DNA of 64,000 bases. Origin: a virus. Its lineage: Duplodnaviria > Heunggongvirae > Uroviricota > Caudoviricetes. The stretch is taken from IMG/VR virus record IMGVR_UViG_3300033463_000003. The stretch is one strand, 5' to 3'. Below the pieces are notes generated by a model that was not told where the DNA came from, did not search any database, and saw only the letters and a list, made by a program, of their open reading frames with translations. Within the stretch, counting starts at the first letter, position 1. Every line of letters begins with the position of its first letter. A program made the position numbers and the translations under genes. Shown piece after piece: positions 23,834 through 34,639 of the stretch.

Positions 23834-24073
23834 ATGTACTTTAATGTCGAAATTGAACTAATTAGAGATGATGGCTGTAATGTGCTATACATCGCTCACG
23901 ATGGTTCTTCTGGTTGCGAATATGTGTTTGAGACCAAAGAAGAATTAGCCGACTACATCAAGGATTATGTTGATGACATCGTTGAAGAAGAAGTTGACTT
24001 AGACGAACTCAAAGAAGAATATCCTGATGAAGACGAAGACGACGAAGACAGTGAAGATGAGGATGACGACTAA
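23834..24073 (+). CDS. Extremely acidic early protein
   Basis: Promoter, RBS, poly-D/E tail. Confidence 0.75.
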   Translation: MYFNVEIELIRDDGCNVLYIAHDGSSGCEYVFETKEELADYIKDYVDDIVEEEVDLDELKEEYPDEDEDDEDSEDEDDD

Positions 24074-24309
24074 TGAAAACTTATTATGTAATGTATTGGA
24101 ATGATCGTGAAGATTATCCCGTTGCAGTATTTGAAGTTAAAGCTGACTGTGAGGAAAATGCAGAACAAATTGCATTTCTTGAAGGCGGTAGAGACTACGA
24201 AGATGACTGGCCTCTTCTAATTGAAACTAACATAAATGAAAGTCGTTTAGCCAGATACAAAAATTCAGTTTGGACTAAATATAAAGTTTGTAAAGGAGAA
24301 CTGATATGA
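24073..24309 (+). CDS. Early hypothetical protein
   Basis: Coupled start; stop reached within overlap with next gene. Confidence 0.6.
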   Translation: MKTYYVMYWNDREDYPVAVFEVKADCEENAEQIAFLEGGRDYEDDWPLLIETNINESRLARYKNSVWTKYKVCKGELI

Positions 24310-24500
24310 GACGAGGTGGAGACAGTTATTACGTCTTAGTTAATAAAGACGGTGAAGAGTACACAATTGAAGATTATTGTGATACCTACGTTATGGACTA
24401 TGACAGTTGGGAACTCGCAGAGCAAGAACTAAAAGAAATGCTTGAAGAGGAAGAACTGTTTGAAGAAGACGGTTGGCACGTTGAAAGACGTCGTTGGTAA
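24306..24500 (+). CDS. Small acidic early protein
   Basis: RBS AAGGAG; terminator follows. Confidence 0.7.
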   Translation: MRRGGDSYYVLVNKDGEEYTIEDYCDTYVMDYDSWELAEQELKEMLEEEELFEEDGWHVERRRW

Positions 24501-24727
24501 AATAAAAAATAAAAACCCGATAAATAAGTCGGGTTTTTATTTTTCAAAAAACTATCGGAACTAAATTTTTATCAGACATCCCGACCCTGTACGGGTAACT
24601 TTTTACTAAATTAGTGGTTTTTAGCTTTCCGCCAGATTCATCAGATTCGGCGGAAGTTAATTTTGGAAAAAAAGAGTTTACAAATTGGTTAATATGTGGT
24701 ATAATATAATAAGAGCGAGGTATAATT

Positions 24728-24925
24728 ATGAAAACAGTGGAGAGCTTATTAAGAGAAATTGGCATCAAAGCTAATTTAGGAACTTGGACTGACGAACAAG
24801 GTCATCACGCTATTTGTTATACAAGAAAACAAGGAAACTCGTGGGTTAGAATATTAAAAGATGCCGGTTATAAAGCAAAACTCGTTTATGATAATTACGC
24901 TTACATTGTGATATTTAATAAATAG
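24728..24925 (+). CDS. Early hypothetical protein
   Basis: Promoter, RBS GAGGT. Confidence 0.7.
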   Translation: MKTVESLLREIGIKANLGTWTDEQGHHAICYTRKQGNSWVRILKDAGYKAKLVYDNYAYIVIFNK

Positions 24926-24938
24926 GAGGAAATAATTT

Positions 24939-25238
24939 ATGTATTACAAAGTTAAAATTACTTCGGTTGATTATTGTGTTGAAGAACAAGATGTGTGTGA
25001 ATATGTTGACAATGATCCAGAAATTGAAGAAGATAGTGAAGAATACTATGACGCAATTCACGCAAAGATTGAAGAAGTTAAAAGTAGATTGCCACAAGAG
25101 CTTATTTTGGAAGTTGAATGCGATCGTAAAAGCTTAGAAGATGTTTTAGTCGATGCTATCAGTGAAGAGACGGGTTGGTTGGTAAATAACTTCACATATA
25201 AAATCTTAGAAAGAAAATTTTCCAAACATTATTTATAA
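24939..25238 (+). CDS. Acidic early protein
   Basis: RBS AGGAGG; paralog of 12522. Confidence 0.75.
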   Translation: MYYKVKITSVDYCVEEQDVCEYVDNDPEIEEDSEEYYDAIHAKIEEVKSRLPQELILEVECDRKSLEDVLVDAISEETGWLVNNFTYKILERKFSKHYL

Positions 25239-25305
25239 AAAAATGAAAATAGGGCATTTACAAAAATGCTCTTTTATGTTATAATATATATGTGAGGCGA
25301 AAAAG

Positions 25306-25674
25306 ATGACAGAAAAAGAAATTAAAGCAGCAAAAGATTTGTTGCATATGAGATACTATGGCGATGGTTGCATTAGACCAGGAGTCAAGTGGCTAAAAGA
25401 AGACGAGATTTTTGAAGAAGAATTATCTTGTAGAGAGATGATTAACTCTATTCTTATCTATGGCGGGAGTTGTGAGAAAGGCAGTTATCAATACGATAAG
25501 TACTTAAAACCATATACTGAAAAAGAAACTTGGCACGATGGCTTAATTACATTAACCAGACTTGATGAACTAATCAAAGAACAAAAAGCTGATATTGCAA
25601 AAGCAGAAATTGGCTTTGCAGGTTATGACTCTGAAGGAGTCAGTTATAATTATTGTAAATGGGCGGATGAATAA
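25306..25674 (+). CDS. Early hypothetical protein
   Basis: Promoter and RBS. Confidence 0.75.
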   Translation: MTEKEIKAAKDLLHMRYYGDGCIRPGVKWLKEDEIFEEELSCREMINSILIYGGSCEKGSYQYDKYLKPYTEKETWHDGLITLTRLDELIKEQKADIAKAEIGFAGYDSEGVSYNYCKWADE

Positions 25675-25675
25675 T

Positions 25676-25879
25676 ATGGAACTCGTTAAAGTTAATAGCT
25701 CCAACATTAAAGCAGTTGGTTGGGAAAATAATACATTGTTTGTTGCTTATAATTCTGGCATTTATATGTATGAAAATGTAAAGAGAGAATTATACGAACA
25801 ATTATTAAATGCTGAATCAAAAGGTAAGTTTGTTTGTGAGAACATAAAACCTAATTTCAGTTATAAAAAAGTTGAATAA
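25676..25879 (+). CDS. KTSC domain protein
   Basis: V.SSNI.AVG....TL.V....G.Y.Y.NV....Y..LL.AESKG.F...I. Confidence 0.85.
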   Translation: MELVKVNSSNIKAVGWENNTLFVAYNSGIYMYENVKRELYEQLLNAESKGKFVCENIKPNFSYKKVE

Positions 25880-26098
25880 TTCTTTATTCATATATACTTC
25901 CTTTCGGTAAAAGGTCAGGCTGTGGTCTGGCTTTTTATTTTGCAAAACTATCGGAACTAAAAATTTACGTTCTGTGATCCCGATGTTGAAGCTAAAACCA
26001 CTAAAAGTGGTGAGTCACGGTCGAGGGCCGCGGTCTGCGCAGATTCATCTAGATATGTGGATCGAAAAACTGTATAATATAATAGAGAGGTTTTTATT

Positions 26099-26428
26099 AT
26101 GAAAGTTAAACTTTACAAGAGGCTAAGAGGTCACGATGCAGCGCAGCTATTGGAATCGATCACAGAAAATACTGATTTAGTGAAAGTCCAAGCATCAGAC
26201 TACGATGTGGAACCGTATGTGGTTGATTTAGATTTCGAAGATCGAATCATTTTTGGTAAAGATGAAATTTTATCTAATCCTAAAAAAGTGATTGGCATTA
26301 TAGATATGGAGATGTTCATGAAGAACCACATGTGGCAGGAATTCGAATATGGGGATATAGTGGAATTTGAAGACCACCGATTCATCAAAGCTCCGAAAGC
26401 TTATGTGGCCGTCGAAATAAAAAATTAA
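26099..26428 (+). CDS. Hypothetical protein
   Basis: TGTATAAT promoter, RBS GAGG. Confidence 0.7.
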   Translation: MKVKLYKRLRGHDAAQLLESITENTDLVKVQASDYDVEPYVVDLDFEDRIIFGKDEILSNPKKVIGIIDMEMFMKNHMWQEFEYGDIVEFEDHRFIKAPKAYVAVEIKN

Positions 26429-26498
26429 AAAAATTTAAAAAAACTATTTACAAATACTTTAAAGTACGTTATGATGTAATATGAAGGAGGAGAGAGTT

Positions 26499-26855
26499 AT
26501 GACAAACATTACTACAATTACGACTCTTATGGAACTAAAGAAGCTCTATCTCGATGGTGCTTATGTTTTAGAGAATCCATCTGATGAGTATAGCTTAGAA
26601 GCACAAGTAGAGCGTTTTGGTGGAACTGGTGCAGTAGGTTATACATTTACTGGTGAATTTATTTATACAGTATGTGGTTTACCAGAAAGCTCAATATTAC
26701 CTAAAGATAAACTTTATTTGGTAATTGTTCCAGCAAATGAAAGTTATAAAAACTCGATCTTAATTTCACTCAAAGATTTAATTTTTAGATTTAGTGCTAG
26801 AACCGGATTTAATTTATTTGCGGCTCGTAGAATTGTTCAAGAAGAAAAAGAATAA
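26499..26855 (+). CDS. Early hypothetical protein
   Basis: RBS AGGAGG; paralog of 21538. Confidence 0.7.
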   Translation: MTNITTITTLMELKKLYLDGAYVLENPSDEYSLEAQVERFGGTGAVGYTFTGEFIYTVCGLPESSILPKDKLYLVIVPANESYKNSILISLKDLIFRFSARTGFNLFAARRIVQEEKE

Positions 26856-26931
26856 AAAATAATTCAACTGACTATTTACATTTATCTCGAAATATGTTAT
26901 AATATTATTAAGAAAAGAGGTAAAGTAAATT

Positions 26932-27381
26932 ATGAAAAATAGACCATACGAAGAATATAATGCAATTCCAGTCCTTGAAAGACTTGAAAGAATGATTGAG
27001 GCAGGCCATCCACGATGGATTAGAGATGTTTATGATGATTTAAGCATCTTCGACTGGTGGCCAGAGAGATTAACTATCACTCACATGAAACAAATGAGAA
27101 CCTTCTTAAAAGAAGCTATTAAGTTAGGTTATACTGGTTATGTTTGCTTTAAGGTTGGAGCTTCTGGTTGTGCTAATGGTATGTGGGCTTGTAAAGTCCC
27201 TACAACAACAGGATATAGTCCCGATGGTGAAACTATTTATAGAAGTTTTACTCCTGATTATACATATTATGCTGTTCAAGACAAGAAGGGCCGCTGGCTT
27301 CCATCAGAAGAAGTAGATGGCAACAGATTTGACTCTTGCAAAACTATTAAACAACTTGAGACATTAGTTGCAAGTTTATAA
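26932..27381 (+). CDS. Early hypothetical protein
   Basis: Promoter and RBS. Confidence 0.75.
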   Translation: MKNRPYEEYNAIPVLERLERMIEAGHPRWIRDVYDDLSIFDWWPERLTITHMKQMRTFLKEAIKLGYTGYVCFKVGASGCANGMWACKVPTTTGYSPDGETIYRSFTPDYTYYAVQDKKGRWLPSEEVDGNRFDSCKTIKQLETLVASL

Positions 27382-27458
27382 AAAACAAAAAAATGAAAAA
27401 AACCTATTTACAAAGTAGGTTTTTTATGTTATAATATAATAATAAGGAAGGTAAGGTT

Positions 27459-27974
27459 ATGAAAAAGATTAACAAGAAGACAAGCTTCGCATTTAGAAAG
27501 AACATTTATTTATTGGGCAGAGACGAGGACGGTATTAACTACTGGCTCGAAGAACCTACGTTCGATTGTGGTTGGTATTGGGGTTTAGGTTATATCGAAA
27601 CTTATACTAATAATCGTAGTCCTCAAAATTCTAAAGACATTCAGTCTCACGAACACTTTATCTCAAAGTTTTTAGATAAGGGTTATGATACTTATAGAAA
27701 CTTTTTCAAGGAATCGACATTAGACGAAAAAGAAATTTGGAGACTCTTAGAACTTATGAGTACTTCTTATACATTAGAGAAAGCAGCAAGACTTTTTGAG
27801 AAGGGGTCAGCGTGGGTTGCTAAGAATGATTGCTACGATGTAATTAAGGATCAAGACTTATACGAAGAAATAGTAAAAGTAAAACTTCCAGCAGTCAATT
27901 CAGCTATTTGTAATTTGCTTGGAGGCAATACAACTCCAGACTACTTTACAAAGATGGTAAAGATTGAAGATTAA
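27459..27974 (+). CDS. Early hypothetical protein
   Basis: Promoter and RBS; YWLEEPTFDCGWYWG, all Trp TGG. Confidence 0.75.
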   Translation: MKKINKKTSFAFRKNIYLLGRDEDGINYWLEEPTFDCGWYWGLGYIETYTNNRSPQNSKDIQSHEHFISKFLDKGYDTYRNFFKESTLDEKEIWRLLELMSTSYTLEKAARLFEKGSAWVAKNDCYDVIKDQDLYEEIVKVKLPAVNSAICNLLGGNTTPDYFTKMVKIED

Positions 27975-28016
27975 CTATTTACAAGTTAATCTTTTTGTGT
28001 TATAATATTATAAGAG

Positions 28017-28613
28017 GTGAAGAATATGAAAAAAAGATTATTTCAAAAATCAGGAGTTGACATTTGCTCCGCAAAATCAATGTTTAATTTTATCAATGAA
28101 CATTTTACTTATTGGACAATGAATAGTTGGAACAGGTTAGAGTCAATTGCTAACAATGTTAAACTTTATAATTTACATTTAGACGGAGATTGGACAGTTG
28201 CTTTAAGTTATCTTTATGACGAAGAAGATATTGGTGGACTCCAGCAAGAAATTAGAGATTTAATTTGGATGTGGGAAAAAGATCATCAAGGATACTCATT
28301 AGGATTTAATGGGCGCAGTGATGGTTATTTAGTTATATATAATCATGATAAACATTCTGGTCACGTTAACTTTAGAAACATTTTACCAGACGATTTAGTT
28401 GGCTTCGATACTTATGAAGACTTTAAGGAAAACTTAAAAGAATGGTATGGTTGGACAGTTAAAGATTATTTACCAGAACTAAGAGAATATACAGAACTAA
28501 TTAGAAGTTTTGATAAACTTTGCGATGACATTAGAGCATTGGTTAATGAATATTCTTTAATGGACTACGAAGCAGACAAGAAAGCTTTTGACTTCGAGAA
28601 TGGAGTAGAATAA
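28017..28613 (+). CDS. Early hypothetical protein
   Basis: Promoter and RBS; start may be 28026. Confidence 0.75.
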   Translation: MKNMKKRLFQKSGVDICSAKSMFNFINEHFTYWTMNSWNRLESIANNVKLYNLHLDGDWTVALSYLYDEEDIGGLQQEIRDLIWMWEKDHQGYSLGFNGRSDGYLVIYNHDKHSGHVNFRNILPDDLVGFDTYEDFKENLKEWYGWTVKDYLPELREYTELIRSFDKLCDDIRALVNEYSLMDYEADKKAFDFENGVE

Positions 28614-28614
28614 A

Positions 28615-28956
28615 ATGGAAAAAGAAAAATTTGAAGAATTTGAAGAAGATGTAGAACTAAGTGAAAGACCTATCACTTATGAAGTCTGGATTTTAGGCTA
28701 CGACGAAAATTATGAAGATAATGATTTTGAATTTTTATTGGACGATGGTTATACAGAACTCGTCGAAGCTAAAAAGTGTTTTGAATATTTCACTATTCCA
28801 GAAAATTTAAAAGCTTATCTCGATCTTAAGAATGTTAAAATTCCAGAAGACACAAAACATATCAATCTTTTCTTAGAAGAATGTGTGCAACTTCCAGATT
28901 CAGACCTTGTAGAATGCGATGACATTTTAGAAGAAGTTGAAGTGGAAATTCTTTAA
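28615..28956 (+). CDS. Acidic early protein
   Basis: Operonic, RBS GGAG. Confidence 0.75.
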   Translation: MEKEKFEEFEEDVELSERPITYEVWILGYDENYEDNDFEFLLDDGYTELVEAKKCFEYFTIPENLKAYLDLKNVKIPEDTKHINLFLEECVQLPDSDLVECDDILEEVEVEIL

Positions 28957-29022
28957 AAAACTATTTACAAGCACAAATATATATTGTATAATATAATATA
29001 GAATTATAATGAGGTGAACTTT

Positions 29023-29307
29023 ATGAGAAGTAAATATTTAGGAAGAAAGTTCGGACGTTGGACCGTAACTCGTGCAGCAAAAACAGAAGATGGTAATCAT
29101 ACCAGATTTTATCTAACAAGAACAACTCACGACGGAGCAATTAAAACAGTTGCACTTCGCGACAATGAATTAACCGCTTTAAGTCGTGGTGAAAAAACAA
29201 TGCAAAGTTTACTTAAGGGTAAACAATTTCAAAGAGACAGATTTCCAAGCAGAGAATATAGAAACTCAGTTTGGTATACTTATAAAACTAATGGTAGCTT
29301 AGAATAA
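29023..29307 (+). CDS. Basic hypothetical protein
   Basis: Promoter, RBS GAGGTG. Confidence 0.65.
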   Translation: MRSKYLGRKFGRWTVTRAAKTEDGNHTRFYLTRTTHDGAIKTVALRDNELTALSRGEKTMQSLLKGKQFQRDRFPSREYRNSVWYTYKTNGSLE

Positions 29308-29336
29308 TTTTAAGCTACAGAAGGAAGGTAAAGGGT

Positions 29337-30230
29337 ATGGCAAATGAACTTTTTGTGCAGTCAAGAACTTATGCACAGCTATTAAAACAGAATAAGGGCA
29401 TTGACTATTCCACTTGTAATGTAGATACATTAGCAGATGGTTATTGTGATGCAACAGATGCTGGAGATGAATATGAAAGAACATTATTTATTTCCGGACT
29501 TGTTTTACGTTTTTGGTTTGCAGTAAAGAAGATGCAAGAGAAGTCACCGAATTTAGGATATGATCAAGACGAATTCGCTGACTGGCTTTATGAAGCACTA
29601 GAATATGCATGTAAATACAGAGCATGGCGCGATCCTGATAAAAAAGTAAATGCGCAACAGGCAATAAATCAATGTATTGAAACTATCAGGCTCCAGCATT
29701 ATTATCAGCTAAATTTACAAAAACATAAAACTAATTTTAGCACTATTTCACTTGATACTCCTGTCGCAGGAACAGATGAAGAATCATTAACTTTATTTGA
29801 CCAAACAGAAGATGAACAAGCAGAACAAGATATGAAAGAAACTAAAGGTGCACTTACAGCTCGTGCGATCGTGCAAGCTTTTATCGATAAGAAAGATTTA
29901 GTGGGTGCAGTTATATCGGACCTCATCGCGTTCAATGATTTCAATAAAGAAATTAAGACAACTAATAAATTTATTGATGATGAAACTGGTGAAGAATGCA
30001 AAACTACTAACTACAGTTATGAGTTTTGGCCATTCAAAGCAGTTCAAGCAATGAAGGAACTTCCAAATGATTATGCAGAGTATTTTATTGAAAACTACAA
30101 TGTTAAACCAGAAGCTATTATTGCAGTAATAGAGGCCATTAGACGCGCGAATAGTGCTAAACTATATAAATACTTAAGAGACTTTTTAAGTAAGGCTAAA
30201 ACTACGTTTAAATATCAGGAGGCTTGTTAA
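29337..30230 (+). CDS. Divergent phage sigma-factor-like protein
   Basis: Region-2-like LVLRFW.AVKK...GYDQDEF..LYEAL..A.KY and region-3.2-like ISLDTPV..DEE..TL.D. Confidence 0.55.
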   Translation: MANELFVQSRTYAQLLKQNKGIDYSTCNVDTLADGYCDATDAGDEYERTLFISGLVLRFWFAVKKMQEKSPNLGYDQDEFADWLYEALEYACKYRAWRDPDKKVNAQQAINQCIETIRLQHYYQLNLQKHKTNFSTISLDTPVAGTDEESLTLFDQTEDEQAEQDMKETKGALTARAIVQAFIDKKDLVGAVISDLIAFNDFNKEIKTTNKFIDDETGEECKTTNYSYEFWPFKAVQAMKELPNDYAEYFIENYNVKPEAIIAVIEAIRRANSAKLYKYLRDFLSKAKTTFKYQEAC

Positions 30231-30943
30231 TGAACTTAGATATTTTATCAATTCGAAACTGTACGTTGAACATAAATGAGAAGCTTATTCAGATGATCGG
30301 TTTGGATACCGCAGCTTACTTAACAGTGGTTTTAGACGCACTTCATCAGGCTGTAAAAAAGAACAAAGTTAATGATGAAGGCTTTTTCAAACTCGACAGA
30401 AAGTATGCAACTGAAAGAACAGGCTTATCAACTACAGAACAGAAGCATTGTGATGAAAGACTCATGGCTCTCAACCTAATGAAGCGTGATCCAGAAGCAC
30501 TAAATTCGTTATCTGTCGATGTTGGAGCTGTTGTACAGTTCATTCAACAGGATGATGCGAAATTCATTGATCAAGTTAAGTTAACTTTAGCAAAAACTAA
30601 AAAAGTAGAAGCTGAAGAATATAAAAGAGAACAAATTATTAGAATTGCGAAGGCACAGGTGAAAACAACCGATTTTGAAATTCGTCAATCTATTTTCGAT
30701 TGGATAGAAGCGATGGATGGAACTCTAAAGAAAGCACAAGTTGGTTTGGTTGAAGACGCAGTTGATAATTATTCTAAAGATAAACAAACAAGAATTAAAA
30801 TTTTTCAAATCTTAGCAATTAACAACTGGCGCGACCCGCAGTGGGCAATTCAAAGATACGAAAGAGACTACAAACCTAAAGGTTTAGGGGAACAAAAGAC
30901 AGCAACCTCTCTCGCAGACGTTAATATGAGAAAGGCATTCTAA
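30230..30943 (+). CDS. Putative replication initiator / winged-HTH protein
   Basis: N..LIQ.IGL..AAYL...GFF...ERTGLS..EQ......L pattern of phage replisome organisers. Confidence 0.5.
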   Translation: MNLDILSIRNCTLNINEKLIQMIGLDTAAYLTVVLDALHQAVKKNKVNDEGFFKLDRKYATERTGLSTTEQKHCDERLMALNLMKRDPEALNSLSVDVGAVVQFIQQDDAKFIDQVKLTLAKTKKVEAEEYKREQIIRIAKAQVKTTDFEIRQSIFDWIEAMDGTLKKAQVGLVEDAVDNYSKDKQTRIKIFQILAINNWRDPQWAIQRYERDYKPKGLGEQKTATSLADVNMRKAF

Positions 30944-30946
30944 ATT

Positions 30947-31225
30947 ATGATAAATAAAAATTATTTAGTTGATTATTTATCCAACTCGCGAGAATATGAT
31001 AATTTGGAAAAGAGAATTATTGAATTAGAAGATGCAATTCAAACATGCGATGATTGCATCGAGGCTCTCGAAAATTCCAGTAAAGATTTCACAAATAGTT
31101 TGGATAATCTTGCAAGACAAAGAAACTTACTTAACTTGGAAAGAATTGAACTTGCAATTAGAAAAAATAAGATCGAAAAAGATATGTTATTGTTCGAAAT
31201 AGACCAGAGCACAACATCTGAATAA
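30947..31225 (+). CDS. Coiled-coil hypothetical protein
   Basis: Operonic, terminator follows. Confidence 0.65.
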   Translation: MINKNYLVDYLSNSREYDNLEKRIIELEDAIQTCDDCIEALENSSKDFTNSLDNLARQRNLLNLERIELAIRKNKIEKDMLLFEIDQSTTSE

Positions 31226-31463
31226 ATTAGACCTTCCTTCAAGCTCAGCAGAATATCACTGTTGAGCTTTTTATTTTGCGTACAGTACGATGTACAGTAC
31301 GTACAGTACAGCTACAGTACTTCCTGAAATTCCACTAATAAGTAGTTTATTGGGTCACCATAAATTCGATGTTGATGTGTGTGGTTTGTGGAAATAAAAA
31401 TTAACAACTAACTATTTACATTTAGGGTCAGTTGTGTTATAATAATAATGTGAGGTAAATAAT

Positions 31464-31637
31464 ATGAGTTCAATTGTTAAAAAGTTAATTCAAGAGACGT
31501 GGGTCGACTACTTCTCCGGAAACAAAGAAGAAATCTTAAAACAAGTTGATAAAGAAGCATTGGAAGAATATCAAAGTGCAATGTTGAGACTTGAAACTGA
31601 TTTTGATTTTCAAAGAGAGTTAGGAATTGGAAACTAA
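31464..31637 (+). CDS. Small early protein, 57 aa (absent from track)
   Basis: Promoter 31415, RBS GAGGT, MSSIVKKLIQETW...GIGN*. Confidence 0.65.
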   Translation: MSSIVKKLIQETWVDYFSGNKEEILKQVDKEALEEYQSAMLRLETDFDFQRELGIGN

Positions 31638-31638
31638 T

Positions 31639-32016
31639 ATGCCTATTGATTATAATGATTGGAAAGAGTTTGTTCAAGGCAAATTAAATTGTAAGGTAAA
31701 ACAAGAAGATAAAGTTCGAACTTGTATAAGGCTTGATACTCAAACTTTAATTAACTCATTAGACGGGGAGTCAAAACAGTACGTTTTGGACGTTGCAAAA
31801 GGGCAGGCAGAGAAGTATGGAAATCTAAATGTCTGGTCTGCGGTAATTTATGACTATCATGTTGAAATAAATATGGGTGAATGGTTTATTGCTGTTTACT
31901 TTAGTCCAGAAACTCATAATGCAACTAACTGGGTTGGAAATGCAAGAGGTTCAAAGTTTGAACTACAACTTCTACAAATTGCAAAAGAACTTCATCAACA
32001 ACTTCAAGATTTATAA
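31639..32016 (+). CDS. Early hypothetical protein
   Basis: ATG right after upstream stop. Confidence 0.7.
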   Translation: MPIDYNDWKEFVQGKLNCKVKQEDKVRTCIRLDTQTLINSLDGESKQYVLDVAKGQAEKYGNLNVWSAVIYDYHVEINMGEWFIAVYFSPETHNATNWVGNARGSKFELQLLQIAKELHQQLQDL

Positions 32017-32478
32017 GAACTGAAACTTCAGTTCTTTTTTTTATTCCAATAAAAATTCGATCCGCCGAAATTGATGAATCTGGCAGAAAGTCAAATCCAA
32101 CTAAATTAGTGAAATTGTACTATCTTCGTTCCTGATCAGATTTTGAGGTGACAAGTCTGATGAAGAGTTCGGTAAGACTGATGATTGTACAGATGAATTC
32201 CGATGTTGTACAGATGAAAAAGCTTTTTAGTGGTTTTTTAGCCTGATGCATGTACGATGCGCAGCGTACTGCAGAGCGAACTGCGCAGACGATTCCGATC
32301 CTGTAACAGGATCTGCGCAGATGAATTAGAATCGTTTAGTAGTTAGTGGTTTTAACTTCACCTCCACATGAATTCGGAAATTTTTCGTGGCATATTGGTT
32401 TAGTCGAAAAAAAGTTAATTTGGTTATTTACAAATTAAGACTAATATGGTATAATATAATAAAGAGAGGAAAAGAAAT

Positions 32479-32922
32479 ATGAAACCAAAAAGAACTGCAA
32501 TTACAAATTATTATGATTGTTATGAAGTCGGTTATATTAAATTAGGTTGCGTTGGTAATGGTAATCCAGACCATCAAGATAGAACAGTTATTACCAGAAC
32601 ATTAAATCTTGGTGGTGTTCAAAGACTTGCTAATGTCTACGGAATTAAATTTGTAAACAATGATGATATTTACGCAACTGGTTATTATATAAAAGAAGTT
32701 GAAACAACCAAAGACCCTGATACTTTTGTAAATGAATTAGATAAACTAGATGAAGTATTTATGGAAGAAGCGGAATATAGACAAGCACTTAAACAAATTC
32801 GTCAAATGTCAGACACACTAAATTATGGTGTATTATCTGAAGATGAGTGGAATAAGCTATCAAAAGAACTAGATGTTCTTGTTGAAAGGTCAAAAGAATT
32901 AGACAGAAAACTTCATTATTAA
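32479..32922 (+). CDS. Early hypothetical protein
   Basis: Promoter and RBS. Confidence 0.75.
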   Translation: MKPKRTAITNYYDCYEVGYIKLGCVGNGNPDHQDRTVITRTLNLGGVQRLANVYGIKFVNNDDIYATGYYIKEVETTKDPDTFVNELDKLDEVFMEEAEYRQALKQIRQMSDTLNYGVLSEDEWNKLSKELDVLVERSKELDRKLHY

Positions 32923-33005
32923 GTTGGTAAATAAATACCAACTTTTTATTTACAAAGTCGACATTATGTGGTATAATATAAATATAAGAAAGAAGGAAAC
33001 TAATT

Positions 33006-33221
33006 ATGACATTAAGAGATAGTTTGTTAAAAAAAGTTCCGGCAGATAATTATGTTAAAATTTATGACGAGGACTGGTTTGTCGCAATGTGTTATGTTGA
33101 TGATGAAGATTTATTCATTAGATATATGGACGACGAATTATTAAGTCGTGAAGTTGACATTATTACAATGGTTGAAGATGGAGATTTTACAACTGATATT
33201 TATGATATTTATTTGAAGTAG
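33006..33221 (+). CDS. Small acidic early protein
   Basis: Promoter and RBS. Confidence 0.7.
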   Translation: MTLRDSLLKKVPADNYVKIYDEDWFVAMCYVDDEDLFIRYMDDELLSREVDIITMVEDGDFTTDIYDIYLK

Positions 33222-33740
33222 GAAATAAATTATGGAAATGTTAAGTAAGATTATAATTCAATTATTGGCATGCTTCATTGGTTGGCAAATTGGTAAATTT
33301 ATCGCAATTAAAATAATGATAAGAAAGGCAATGAAAGAAAACAATGAAGAAGAATTATAAAGTTATTGTTTTGAATATGGGGGAGGAACTTGAAACTCTA
33401 CATTATCATAAAACAATAAAGCAAATTAAAAAACAATATAATCTTGAGAAACTTGAGATTGTATCTATTGAAGAGATTAACTAAATTGGTTAATCTTTTT
33501 TATTTACAAAGTTGGTAAGTCGCGCTACGATGTACATGATGAATGTAGATGAAAGCTTTTAATTCCACTAAAAGAAAGTTAAGCTAATATATCTGATGCA
33601 GCTGTACGAGATGCTCTTGAAATTGGACTGATTTGAACTTCACAAGAAATTCGAAGAGTTGAAAAAAAGTTAATTTGGCTATTTACAAGTTGGGGTAAAT
33701 ATGGTATAATATAATAAAGAGAAGAGAGGAAATAAAATTT

Positions 33741-34067
33741 ATGAAATTTAGAAACTATCATCAAGTCTTAAAAGCAAGAGGTTATAAGGTAAGGGAGTTG
33801 TCAAAGTATCAAGGTTTAAATGTATTCGAGAAAGAACATTTATATAATAAGATAGTTTGCACAATTATGAAAGATAGTCACGGCAAGGGGCAAACAATAA
33901 CTTTCAATATCTACAATACTCTTAGAACTCCAAAGAATATGATTGAGTTTGGAGACGCCGAATTTGATAGAAGTTATCTTGTTAAAGAGGCTAAAGTTAT
34001 TGTTGAGGCTTTTGAGAAACTAAGAGAGATGAAAGCACCTGTAAAATATATTTATTGTTTCAATTAA
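33741..34067 (+). CDS. Early hypothetical protein
   Basis: Promoter and RBS. Confidence 0.7.
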   Translation: MKFRNYHQVLKARGYKVRELSKYQGLNVFEKEHLYNKIVCTIMKDSHGKGQTITFNIYNTLRTPKNMIEFGDAEFDRSYLVKEAKVIVEAFEKLREMKAPVKYIYCFN

Positions 34068-34639
34068 GGTTAGATGAAAATCTAATCTTTTTTTATTTAC
34101 ATTTGTCTAAGAATATGCTATCATGTACATGATGAAGCTGGATCACAGCTTCTTTTTTCACTAAAGAGAAGTCATAGCTTCACAGACTGATCAGCTGAAC
34201 AGACTGTAGAAGTCGAACTTGAGCAGTCGAACTGATCTGATGAATTCAGATGAAAGCTTTTGTGAAGCTAAATTAGTGGTTTTAACTTCAGATGCATGTA
34301 CGATTGTACGATGTTGTAGAACTGTAACTCACAGATTGTAACTGTTACAGTCACAGCTGTACAGATCAGATGCGTAGATGCAGAAGCTAATTAGTGGTTT
34401 TTATACAAGCTACATGTACGATGTAGATGTACATGAATACAGTTCGAGAGCATGACTACAGATACTGTTACAGCTACAGTGCGATGTAGATGTAGATGAA
34501 GCTAATTAGTGAAACATTGGATAAGCAGATCAGATTCTTGAGATGCTCGTGATAATAAAATAAAAAATATTTCAACTTGCTATTTACAAATAATTAAAAA
34601 CATGTTATAATATATATAGAAAGTGAGGTAAGACAAATT

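Noticed and set aside
24073-24309. Claim that TGA is never a stop in this window
   Set aside because: This early ORF ends at TGA in an ATGA overlap with the next gene, so TGA may still terminate in early genes; this fits a switch but was not checked further
20170-34610. CRISPR array
   Set aside because: Repeats are promoters separated by genes; no fixed repeat-spacer period and no cas genes
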